A DNA stretch of 64,000 nucleotides from an uncultured Acidobacteriota bacterium (GTDB lineage Bacteria; Acidobacteriota; Terriglobia; Acidiferrales; UBA7541), in NCBI GenBank assembly GCA_963745095.1, contig CAVUWC010000005.1, forward strand, positions 340,581-404,580, written 5' to 3'. Shown here one piece after another: positions 18,342-26,197 of this stretch. The notes beneath the pieces were generated by a model. It was not told where the DNA came from and did not search any database. It was given only the letters and a program-made list of their open reading frames with translations. Both the position numbers and the translations under genes were made by a program. How positions within the stretch are numbered: position 1 is the first letter of the stretch; every line of letters starts with the position of its first letter.

Positions 18342-18851
18342 TCAAATAAACAGTTCTTCTTCTTGCTCGAGCGGCTCATCCGGCCGACGGCGCTCGCGCC
18401 GCGCCCGCAATAGATCAAGACCAACTTTAATTCCCTGCACCAACGCGGAAGCTTTCTGCATCGGACGCCAAACGGTGTTCTTAAATTGGGTCCCGGCATC
18501 TTCCACGGTTTCAAGCGCGCCAGTCAAAATGCGGTCGGCGTGATTCAACTGTCCGCGCAGACGGTCGCTGGCATCGGTAATCACTCGGTCCATCTTCTGT
18601 GCTTGCCCGCGTGTCAGATAAACAATGTGCGCCGCATCCGCCACCATGGCAGAGATTTTCGGCTGCGTATCGTCCAGCAGAATTTGTGCGCGCGTGAGAA
18701 TCGGACCCACCCGCGTGTGTAAGTCCGTGACTAGCCCGTTCACTTTTTTGCTCGTCTGACGAGCTTCGACGAACAACGCGATAAGCATCGCGCCCTGAAC
18801 CACAAGAGCGATCGACGCCACTATGCTGAAAATCATCAGCCAAGTTTCCAT
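18342..18851 (-). CDS. Membrane-anchored coiled-coil protein (DUF948-like)
   Basis: 169 aa with an N-terminal TM helix (METWLMIFSIVASIALVVQGAMLIALFV), a long helical region and an acidic C-terminal tail. It is paired with an upstream YtxH-like gene. Confidence 0.55.
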   Translation of the reverse strand: METWLMIFSIVASIALVVQGAMLIALFVEARQTSKKVNGLVTDLHTRVGPILTRAQILLDDTQPKISAMVADAAHIVYLTRGQAQKMDRVITDASDRLRGQLNHADRILTGALETVEDAGTQFKNTVWRPMQKASALVQGIKVGLDLLRARRERRRPDEPLEQEEELFI

Positions 18852-18941
18852 ACTCGCCCCACGCGTCCTCTCAGGAGGACGGAATCATGCCGTGCCGAGC
18901 TTCACTGCTTCAAGCCTTTGCCGCTCCGAGACGCCGCAGTT

Positions 18942-19232
18942 TCAAGACTTCGAAGCTTCGCGGCGATACGCCTCACGCGCACCTTCGACGGCCGCGGAGA
19001 TCGAATCCTTGCCACGCGTTGCGGCATCCTTGCTGCGCTCAATCAGGTCGTCCGCGCGCTCGCGAAGTTCTTTTGCCTTGCGCTGCGCGAAGTCGCGGCC
19101 CTCATCAGCCTTTTGAGAAAGAAATTCCCGCGTCTCTTCTCCGGACTTCGGAGCAAACAAAATACCCACCAGCGCGCCAACTCCGAGACCCACGAGGAAA
19201 TATGTGACTTTGGAACCTACATTGTCCGCCAT
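18942..19232 (-). CDS. YtxH-domain protein
   Basis: ORF trimmed to the ATG at 19232. The sequence MADNVGSKVTYFLVGLGVGALVGILFAPKSGEETREFL... is the characteristic YtxH N-terminus, followed by a charged helical region. Confidence 0.75.
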   Translation of the reverse strand: MADNVGSKVTYFLVGLGVGALVGILFAPKSGEETREFLSQKADEGRDFAQRKAKELRERADDLIERSKDAATRGKDSISAAVEGAREAYRREASKS

Positions 19233-19297
19233 GAGAACCTCCACAAAAACCGTAGCATAGCGCCAAGTCGCGCGCAATACGGGCTAACCGCTATGTG

Positions 19298-21217
19298 CTA
19301 CTCACTCCGGTTATCCGGCTTTTCCTCAACAGATTGCAACGTTCCTAGTTCGTCGTGTAGTTTTTCGGCAGTTTTTCTCGGAATAACTTTGCTCAATTTT
19401 TCGATACTGGCGCGACGGACATTCGAAACGCTACCGAATTCACGCAGAAGCTTTTGCGCCGTGCGCGGGCCGATGCCAGGGATGCCATCGAGGGCGGATT
19501 TTGTCTGGCGAACGGCGCGCCGTTGACGATGGAACGTGACTGCAAAGCGGTGCGTTTCGTCGCGGACTTGTTGAATCAGGTGAAGAACCGGGGAGTGATG
19601 TTCAAGAACAATTGGCTCATCTTCCTGGCCGAAGACATAAAGAATTTCTTCCTTCTTTGCGATGCTCGCTAACGGCTGATTGATGATTTGCAGCGAATCC
19701 AGAGCTTGCGCGGCCGCATGGAGCTGGCCGATGCCGCCGTCAATGAGAATTAGACTGGGCAGCGGCTTTTTTTCTTCTTGCAGGCGCCGGTAGCGGCGAG
19801 TCACCGCTTCGCGCATGCTGGCAAAGTCGTCGTTCTTCGATACTGGCACTGCGGCGCCGCGCAGCACAGGGAGTGGCGAGGCGTTGTTCGAATCTTCAAC
19901 GCGGGCTTCGTCAATGCGCCCTTCGTCCCCACGAATAATGAATTTTCTGTAGTCGGCCTTTTTCATGCGGCCATTTTCCCAAACGACCATCGAGGCAACC
20001 GTGTCCGTACCCTGGATGTGGGAAATGTCGAAGCTTTCGATGCGGTGCGGCTCTTCCGGAAGATTCAGTGCGTTTTGCAGCGCTTCGCCGATCGCTTTCG
20101 AGCTCGGCTTCAGAACCCGGAAGCGCTGTTCGAACGAGTGCTTGGCGTTGCTTTCGACGAGGTCCAGAAACGAACGTTTGTTACCGCGCTGCGGCGTGAA
20201 GATTTCCACTTTGTGCCCAGCGCGCTCGGCAAGCGTTTCTTCGAGCAGTTCGCGGTCTTCAAAATCAATGGGCACATGGATGGCTTTCGGCAGATACTCA
20301 GCCTCCAGATAAAGCTGTTTGAGAAGGGATGGCACGAATTCCTGCGGATCGAATTCTTCGAGGTCTTCCCAATAAAATTCGCGGCGATCAACGACGCGCC
20401 CGCCGCGCAAATGGAAAAGATTGGCCGCGACGAGCGGCGGTTCGGCATAGTAGGCGAGCACATCCGTGTCATCGCCCTGAGCCGCGGCGATGCGCTGGCG
20501 ATCTTCAATATCTTCGAGCGTGCGGAGGAGATCGCGATAGGCCGCAGCTTGTTCGAATTGCTCTTTTTCGGCAGCGGCCATCATGCGCGCTTCCAGGCTT
20601 TTTATGAGGTCTTGCCGCCGGCCTTCGAGAAATAGTCGGACATCGCGGGCGGCTTCGGCGTAACGCTCGTCAGTGGTGAGGTCCGTCACGCAAGGACCGA
20701 GGCATCGCTTGATGTAATACTGCAAACAGGGGCGCGGATGGCTGCGCGTAAGATCGACCGTGCAACTCGGAACAAGAAAACGCTTGTGAACGAAATGAAG
20801 AATGCGGCGCGCAAGGCCTGCTGGAAAGTACGGCCCAAAGTACAACGAGCCATCTTTCTTGATGCGGCGCGTGAAATAAACGCGAGGATATTTTTCCGCG
20901 GCAGTGAACTTGATGTACGGGTAGGTCTTGTCGTCCCGCAGCATGACATTGAACTTCGGACTGTATTTCTTGATGAGATTGTGTTCGAGAGCCAGCGCTT
21001 CGCGTTCGTTCCCGACGAGAATGGTTTCAAGATCGGCGATCTCGCGCGCAAGAGAACCGGTCTTTGCATTCACCCAGCTCGATTCGAGAAAATAAGATCG
21101 CACGCGGCTGCGCAGCGACGCGGCTTTGCCGACATAAAGGACCGTACCCGCGGCATCTTTGAACAGGTAGACGCCCGGACTCTCGGGCAGCAACGCGGCT
21201 ATTTCTCGGGGTTCCAT
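19298..21217 (-). CDS. uvrC: Excinuclease ABC subunit C (UvrC)
   Basis: 639 aa with an N-terminal GIY-YIG domain (PGVYLFKDAAGTVLYVGKAASLRSRVRSY), a UVR domain and a C-terminal endonuclease plus (HhH)2 region (GIPGIGPRTAQKLLREFGS). Confidence 0.95.
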   Translation of the reverse strand: MEPREIAALLPESPGVYLFKDAAGTVLYVGKAASLRSRVRSYFLESSWVNAKTGSLAREIADLETILVGNEREALALEHNLIKKYSPKFNVMLRDDKTYPYIKFTAAEKYPRVYFTRRIKKDGSLYFGPYFPAGLARRILHFVHKRFLVPSCTVDLTRSHPRPCLQYYIKRCLGPCVTDLTTDERYAEAARDVRLFLEGRRQDLIKSLEARMMAAAEKEQFEQAAAYRDLLRTLEDIEDRQRIAAAQGDDTDVLAYYAEPPLVAANLFHLRGGRVVDRREFYWEDLEEFDPQEFVPSLLKQLYLEAEYLPKAIHVPIDFEDRELLEETLAERAGHKVEIFTPQRGNKRSFLDLVESNAKHSFEQRFRVLKPSSKAIGEALQNALNLPEEPHRIESFDISHIQGTDTVASMVVWENGRMKKADYRKFIIRGDEGRIDEARVEDSNNASPLPVLRGAAVPVSKNDDFASMREAVTRRYRRLQEEKKPLPSLILIDGGIGQLHAAAQALDSLQIINQPLASIAKKEEILYVFGQEDEPIVLEHHSPVLHLIQQVRDETHRFAVTFHRQRRAVRQTKSALDGIPGIGPRTAQKLLREFGSVSNVRRASIEKLSKVIPRKTAEKLHDELGTLQSVEEKPDNRSE

Positions 21218-21395
21218 GGGAGTGCAGCGCGGAATTTATGCTTAAGCGCCAACTTCCATCATACTAGAATTGTAAAGACGGGCTGGGAGGCGTGGCCCGT
21301 GCTCCGTGGCCCGTGACCCGTGAAAGACCTTTGGTCGTCGGTGATCAAATAGAGCTAGCATCAGGCGGCGTGAAGGGGAGCATCCAACGAAACCT

Positions 21396-21884
21396 ATGCG
21401 ACGTGACTTTCTGAAAACGATTTGCTTGGCGATGCTTGGTATCGCGCTGCTCGCTGCGCCAATACGCAGTCTTGCGCAAGATCCGCCGCCACCTCCGCCG
21501 GACAATCCCCCGGCTCCAACAGACAAACCGCAGCCTGCGAAACCGAATGCGGACACCGCTGCTCAGGACGCGCCGGATCAGCCTAAATGGGACCCGCTTC
21601 GAGCGGAAAGAGATATGCAGGTGGGCGAGTTTTATATGCATAAGGGCGACATCGATGCGGCCATCGACCGTTTCGAAGACGCCGCTCTGGCCAAGCCCGG
21701 CTATGCACTTCCCTACCGCTACCTCGGCGAAGCGCAAGAAAAAAAAGGGATGAAGAAAAAGGCCATCCAGTCCTACAAACGCTATCTGGATTTGTATCCG
21801 AAGGCCGAAGACAAAGACAAGATCCAGAAAAGAATCGACAAACTTTATAAAGACGTAGAGAAAGAAAAAAAGTCAATGAGTTAG
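21396..21884 (+). CDS. Small secreted TPR-like protein
   Basis: 162 aa with a signal peptide, a Pro-rich linker, TPR-like helices (GDIDAAIDRFEDAALAKPGYALPYRYLGEAQEKKGMKKKAIQSYKRYLDLYP) and a Lys/Glu-rich tail. Confidence 0.7.
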   Translation: MRRDFLKTICLAMLGIALLAAPIRSLAQDPPPPPPDNPPAPTDKPQPAKPNADTAAQDAPDQPKWDPLRAERDMQVGEFYMHKGDIDAAIDRFEDAALAKPGYALPYRYLGEAQEKKGMKKKAIQSYKRYLDLYPKAEDKDKIQKRIDKLYKDVEKEKKSMS

Positions 21885-21986
21885 ACTTGGATCCGATTCC
21901 ACCTAACAAGGAGTGACCCCGCGTTGCTGACAAACCTGTATGGTGGTCAAGGTGAAACTCTTCTTAAGCGGCAAATTCTCGAAGTG

Positions 21987-22790
21987 TTAGTCCAGCTTCA
22001 CTAGACCCTCGGTAGACCGCAGTAGAGAGTCCATTACCTGAAGAATTCGTTTGATGTTTTCCGGTTCCAGCTGTTTTTTTGAATAGTGGCGGAGCACCGC
22101 CGTCAAACCCGACCTGGAAGCGCCGAGTTCAATGTTTCCTGGGTATTCAATTCGAGTTGCCAGGTAGTCGACACCACAGGATTGAAACAATATATCGAGC
22201 CCCAGCAGGGTCTCACCGCGCTGTAGCCACGAAGCCAACCTCCTCTGTAAACCAGACTGCAAGTCGCTGGAACTCCTGGAACTTCCGAATAGCCACCGGG
22301 ACAGACCTACAGCCGTCAATGTCATCAACTCAGTAATACGATACTTCTTGTCAAGATCTCTGTTGCCGGACTTCACGACACATCCTCTTTGGATTTGGCT
22401 CACCATGCCGAATAGAATTTTTCTCTGCACGGATATGACAAAGGGGGCTGTTGCTTGGCTTCCCAGCACAATCCGAAACAGCGGCGACTCGTGGCCCTGC
22501 ACGGGCTCTCTTACTGAAAATACCACCTCACGGCCCTCGAAATGGCCGCGCACATGGTCTTCGCCGCCGCTTATCGGTCCTGCAACTTGCATTTCGCCGG
22601 ACTGTTCGTCAAACAACGGAGTTAGCGTTGCCAGCATTGCGCGGTGTCTTGCCCCGCGAAAGTACCAAATCAAAAAAAGCCCAATGAATCCAGCGATAAC
22701 CAGGATAGGCTCGGTAAGACCATCTCGAACGAAAAAATACTCTCCCGTGCCTGCGGTAGGGAGGAAACTCGCGGAGGTCATCGAGAGCAT
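21987..22790 (-). CDS. Hypothetical protein with one N-terminal TM helix (orphan, compositionally atypical)
   Basis: 267-aa ORF in which I recognise no motif. By eye it has lower G+C and weaker third-position G/C bias than its neighbours (not computed). Confidence 0.45.
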   Translation of the reverse strand: MLSMTSASFLPTAGTGEYFFVRDGLTEPILVIAGFIGLFLIWYFRGARHRAMLATLTPLFDEQSGEMQVAGPISGGEDHVRGHFEGREVVFSVREPVQGHESPLFRIVLGSQATAPFVISVQRKILFGMVSQIQRGCVVKSGNRDLDKKYRITELMTLTAVGLSRWLFGSSRSSSDLQSGLQRRLASWLQRGETLLGLDILFQSCGVDYLATRIEYPGNIELGASRSGLTAVLRHYSKKQLEPENIKRILQVMDSLLRSTEGLVKLD

Positions 22791-22871
22791 GGGAAGAGTT
22801 TATGAGTTCTTCATGCCTTGGTCATCAGCGCAAAGAACTCGCCGTTCGCCGTAGACACCGCTCCCAGACAA

Positions 22872-22894
22872 GACGGGACAAGCTCCGCCCCTAC
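22872..22894 (-). repeat. Degenerate REP-like element, class A
   Basis: The reverse complement reads GTAGGGGCGGAGCTTGTCCCGTC, which has 3 substitutions relative to GTAGGGGCGGGGCTTGCCCCGCC. It is intergenic. Confidence 0.4.
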
Positions 22895-22955
22895 AACGTT
22901 TTCGCACGTTAGAGACCGCAGTTGGCGACCACAGACCGCCCCAACGCCTTCGAAG

Positions 22956-23783
22956 TCAGCGGGCGAGGTGGTCGAGGATGCGCCGCGCGCGGGCGAAATC
23001 GGCGAAGAGTTTTTCTTCGGCGCGGAATTCGGGAGAATGGGAGACAAGGCTGCAGCCGGAGCGGCGCGTGGGATGTTTGACGTGGAGCATCTCGTGGTAG
23101 AGGACGTATTCGACGGCGACCTGCGGGACGCCGGGATGATCCATTCTGCGATTTAAGAGAATTTGATTGGGGCCGGGATCGTAACAACCGAACTGGCGGC
23201 GCCAGCCTCGTGTGCTCCAGCCGATGTGAGGCCGTCGCAAACTTCCAGAAAAATATTTTTCGTTAAGTTGTTCGAACATTTGCTCGAGGTCGAACTGGCG
23301 GCCACGCGGGCCAGCCGAGGCCAACCGCACGCGCCCGCGACGCATGCGGCTGATGCGGCTGCGCGTACGGTTGGAGCGGGCGTAGTTTAGATAAGGTTCG
23401 ACGAGGGCGCGAGGCGCCTTGCGCCGGTAGACGCGGGACAGCAGAAGCGCGGCCGCTCCTTCGAGGACGGGCAACGGAGCGCGCTGCAACAGGTCCGAGA
23501 ATCGCACGAACACAACATCTTCACGACGACGAATCGTTAGCACGAGGCTTGCATAAGGATAAAACTCGACTCGAAAGCGCGGCGGGCGTCCGTCGCAGCC
23601 GAGCCTGGTGAAAACGCGCTGAAAAAGCGCGGGGCCACCTGGGACCGGAGAGCTAGCTCGACGCGACGCACGGAGTTTCTTTTTTGGGGCAGCTTGCTTC
23701 GCGCGAGTGAGCTTAGTCGGCGCAGCCGCGTCCATCACCAAGCTCAATTGCTGTGCTGGATGAATCTGCGGTTCAGCGTTCAT
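22956..23783 (-). CDS. HExxH zinc metallopeptidase, SprT-like/DUF45 (YgjP)-like, with basic N-terminal tail
   Basis: 275 aa. The C-terminal motif is VEYVLYHEMLHVKHPTRRSGCSLVSHSPEFRAEE. The N-terminus has no signal peptide and is very basic (TKLTRAKQAAPKKKLRASRRAS). The ATG overlaps the upstream stop as ATGA. Confidence 0.6.
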   Translation of the reverse strand: MNAEPQIHPAQQLSLVMDAAAPTKLTRAKQAAPKKKLRASRRASSPVPGGPALFQRVFTRLGCDGRPPRFRVEFYPYASLVLTIRRREDVVFVRFSDLLQRAPLPVLEGAAALLLSRVYRRKAPRALVEPYLNYARSNRTRSRISRMRRGRVRLASAGPRGRQFDLEQMFEQLNEKYFSGSLRRPHIGWSTRGWRRQFGCYDPGPNQILLNRRMDHPGVPQVAVEYVLYHEMLHVKHPTRRSGCSLVSHSPEFRAEEKLFADFARARRILDHLAR

Positions 23784-24301
23784 TTCTTTCGCCGGACGGG
23801 AGGCGGCGCGACATTTTTCTTGGCAGCATCGGCTTCTTTGGCGGCGTCCTGCGTGCCTTCCATGGCGTCATCCAGATTGTCTTTATAGAGCTCCGCGCCC
23901 GGCGCATCGGTAGGAATTTTTTGCAAAATCGCGAGGAAGTCTTTCGTCCGCGATGCCATCAAATCGATACCCTTGCGAATATTCTGCTGTTTCTCCATGC
24001 CTAGCTGGATGAGGTCCGCTGCATCATCGACGCATCCGACGTAAGCGTTTAAGAGTGAATTCACCATCTCCACGTGCCTATTTTCGGACGGATGTTCCAA
24101 TTCGTACTGAAGCTTCTTGATGCGGTCATCCGCGAAAGAGAGAAACAGGGTGATGCGCTGGTTGGGCGTTTCGGCCTCGCGGATTTTGTCGGCCTCGATG
24201 GAGGATAAATAATCTTTCTGGGTCTGCGCACCCGCGTGGGGGAGTAAGCCGCCGTAAAAAAACAGCGCGGTTAGAAACAAAATGCGGAGACGAAGTTTCA
24301 C
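23780..24301 (-). CDS. Secreted helical hypothetical protein
   Basis: 173 aa with a GTG start overlapping the upstream stop (GTGA). It has a signal peptide (MKLRLRILFLTALFFYGGLLPHAGAQ) and predicted helical, charged sequence. Confidence 0.55.
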   Translation of the reverse strand: MKLRLRILFLTALFFYGGLLPHAGAQTQKDYLSSIEADKIREAETPNQRITLFLSFADDRIKKLQYELEHPSENRHVEMVNSLLNAYVGCVDDAADLIQLGMEKQQNIRKGIDLMASRTKDFLAILQKIPTDAPGAELYKDNLDDAMEGTQDAAKEADAAKKNVAPPPVRRKK

Positions 24302-24840
24302 GGGTGCACCTGCTGCGGTTCAGGCGGAGCACCCGCTGGAGCACCAGGCACCGGCGGTTTGTTCTCGTGCTTTTTTGGAAAGAGAATCCTGAGCAATTCA
24401 TCGTCAAAACTCAGAAGATCCGTTCGAACCAGCTCCAGAGGCGGCTTGTATTCATCGGGTGCAACCAGCAGGATTTCGTCCACTTGGCGCAAACCCTTTT
24501 GAACGTGCATTTCGAGCTGCCGGTAGCCATTAGAATTGTGCTCGGCTTCGGGCTTGTCCTTCTCTAGAACTTGCGAAGCCACTCGAACGTTGTCCCTGTA
24601 TTTCTCCATGATCAGGTCAACAGTAGCGTAGTCACCGGACTTCTCCGCCCGAATGGCCTCCTCGAATTCGGCATCGCCAAGTCTCTGAAGCATTCTTGCT
24701 TTGTGCACTCCCTTTGTTTCGCTGTCGAATCGCGATTGCAGCTCGCTGAGCTTGTCCCCGGCGACAACAGTTCCAGCGACGCCGCATAACGCCGCCAGAA
24801 CGATCGGCAATGCCACGCGTTTCGCCGCCCGGGGCCTCAT
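24298..24840 (-). CDS. Secreted helical hypothetical protein
   Basis: ORF 24298-25005 trimmed to the ATG at 24840, which is 4 nt after the upstream TPR gene's stop. This gives MRPRAAKRVALPIVLAALCGVAGTVVAG. The protein has a Pro-rich C-terminal tail. Confidence 0.55.
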   Translation of the reverse strand: MRPRAAKRVALPIVLAALCGVAGTVVAGDKLSELQSRFDSETKGVHKARMLQRLGDAEFEEAIRAEKSGDYATVDLIMEKYRDNVRVASQVLEKDKPEAEHNSNGYRQLEMHVQKGLRQVDEILLVAPDEYKPPLELVRTDLLSFDDELLRILFPKKHENKPPVPGAPAGAPPEPQQVHP

Positions 24841-24844
24841 GCGA

Positions 24845-26197
24845 TTACCTTTTCTGGTCCAGCATACGACGCAAGACCTTGCTGCGCTGCTGCGCTTGCC
24901 AGACCTGATCTGGATTCTTGTCCTGGTCGAGTTCGAGAAACTTCTCGTAGGCTTCAAGCGCAGGCTTGGGCTGGTTAAGTTTATCGTAGCAGAGAGCGCG
25001 GACAAACCACTCGCCCGCTCCAGGAGTTTCCACCTTGGCGATCAAGTCCTGCACCGAGAGCGTCGCCGGAAAGTTTCCTCCCAGATAGTATGTGGTCCTG
25101 AGGTCCTTCCAATAGACAAGATTGGTTTTATCTAGTTGCAGCGCGGCTTTCAGCTCTTTTTCAGCGGAGGCAAAATCGCGCTTCTGAAGGTAGACCCGGC
25201 CCAAGCCCCCGTGCAGTTCAGCGTCGTTGGGAGCGAGGGCGACGGCTTTGCGAAGCGTAACGATGGAATCGTCCCATTTTTTCTGTGCAATTTGGATGTC
25301 GGCGCGGGAACGGAGCGAGTCCATCGTTGGGGGCTTCCCGGCATCCACGCGGTCGAGTTCGGCAAGCGCGGCATCGTATTGCTTTTGCTCAATCAGAAGA
25401 TGGATCGCTCGAGACTCCGCGCCTGGTGTGTTCGGTTGCACGGCGAGATAGTCGCGATAAGCGGCCGCGGCTTCGGGTTTTTTCTGTGCGTCGAGCGTTT
25501 GCGCCAGGCCGAGGAGCGCTTGCGGAGATTTCGGCTCGAGTTCGAGCGCGGCGCGGAATTTTGTTTCGGCTTCGGGATATCGCTTTAGGCCCACGTAGAG
25601 ATTGCCGAGGTGAATCACCGTTTCAACGTCCCGTGGATCGAGGCGGAGAGCGGCTTCGTAGGATTCGACGGCGGCAGGAATATCGCCGGAGCGCTCCAGC
25701 GCGTGGCCGAGAAGAAAGCGCGGCCTGCTCTGCGCGGGAAGAAGCTCGACGGCTCGACGGAGAGGCGCGACGGCAGCGGCGGCGTCCTTTTCGGTGAGGA
25801 GAATCCCCAGATTCAGAAAGGCTTCAGACATTTTGGGATCGAGCGTCGTGGCGCGTTCGTATTCGGGGCGGGCTTCGTCAGGGCGCTTCAGGGCCGTATA
25901 AATGTACGCGAGTTGGAAATGGGCCCAGGCGATATCTGGTTTTTCGGCGAGGAATTTCTGGAGAGGAACGAGTGCGGCTTCGAATTGATTGGTGTCGATG
26001 TCGTGTTGCGCTTCGTCGAGGAGGTCGTTGAGAGGGTTGGCTAGTTTTTGCGTGCGCGTCTGGGATGGATTGGATTTTTGCTGAGAGGTGGCTCGGGTCG
26101 GAGGAATAGAAGCGTCAACCAAGACGGGCACGGCGTGCCGTGCCCCTACGAGTAAGATCGCGACTACCGTAAGTCTAGCGAAACTTGGAAGATTCAT
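24845..26197 (-). CDS. Secreted multi-TPR repeat protein
   Basis: 450 aa with many consecutive TPR units (for example AWAHFQLAYIYTALKRPDEARPEYERATTLDPKMSEAFLNLGILL). Its ATG overlaps the uvrA stop as ATGA. Confidence 0.85.
   Translation of the reverse strand: MNLPSFARLTVVAILLVGARHAVPVLVDASIPPTRATSQQKSNPSQTRTQKLANPLNDLLDEAQHDIDTNQFEAALVPLQKFLAEKPDIAWAHFQLAYIYTALKRPDEARPEYERATTLDPKMSEAFLNLGILLTEKDAAAAVAPLRRAVELLPAQSRPRFLLGHALERSGDIPAAVESYEAALRLDPRDVETVIHLGNLYVGLKRYPEAETKFRAALELEPKSPQALLGLAQTLDAQKKPEAAAAYRDYLAVQPNTPGAESRAIHLLIEQKQYDAALAELDRVDAGKPPTMDSLRSRADIQIAQKKWDDSIVTLRKAVALAPNDAELHGGLGRVYLQKRDFASAEKELKAALQLDKTNLVYWKDLRTTYYLGGNFPATLSVQDLIAKVETPGAGEWFVRALCYDKLNQPKPALEAYEKFLELDQDKNPDQVWQAQQRSKVLRRMLDQKR
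26126..26149 (-). repeat. REP-like palindrome, class B (GGGCACGGCGTGCCGTGCCCCTAC) inside the 5' end of the TPR gene
   Basis: A perfect 8-bp stem (GGGCACGG/CCGTGCCC) with loop CGTG is followed by CTAC, the reverse complement of a GTAG head. It encodes ...VGARHAVPV... within the signal-peptide region. Confidence 0.65.

Noticed and set aside
18112-18543. 143-aa plus-strand ORF containing (EFRVSSF)n
   Set aside because: The repeat peptide is just the translation of the (GAGTTTC)14 microsatellite. The rest of the ORF is antisense to the well-formed DUF948-like gene, and there is no ribosome-binding site.
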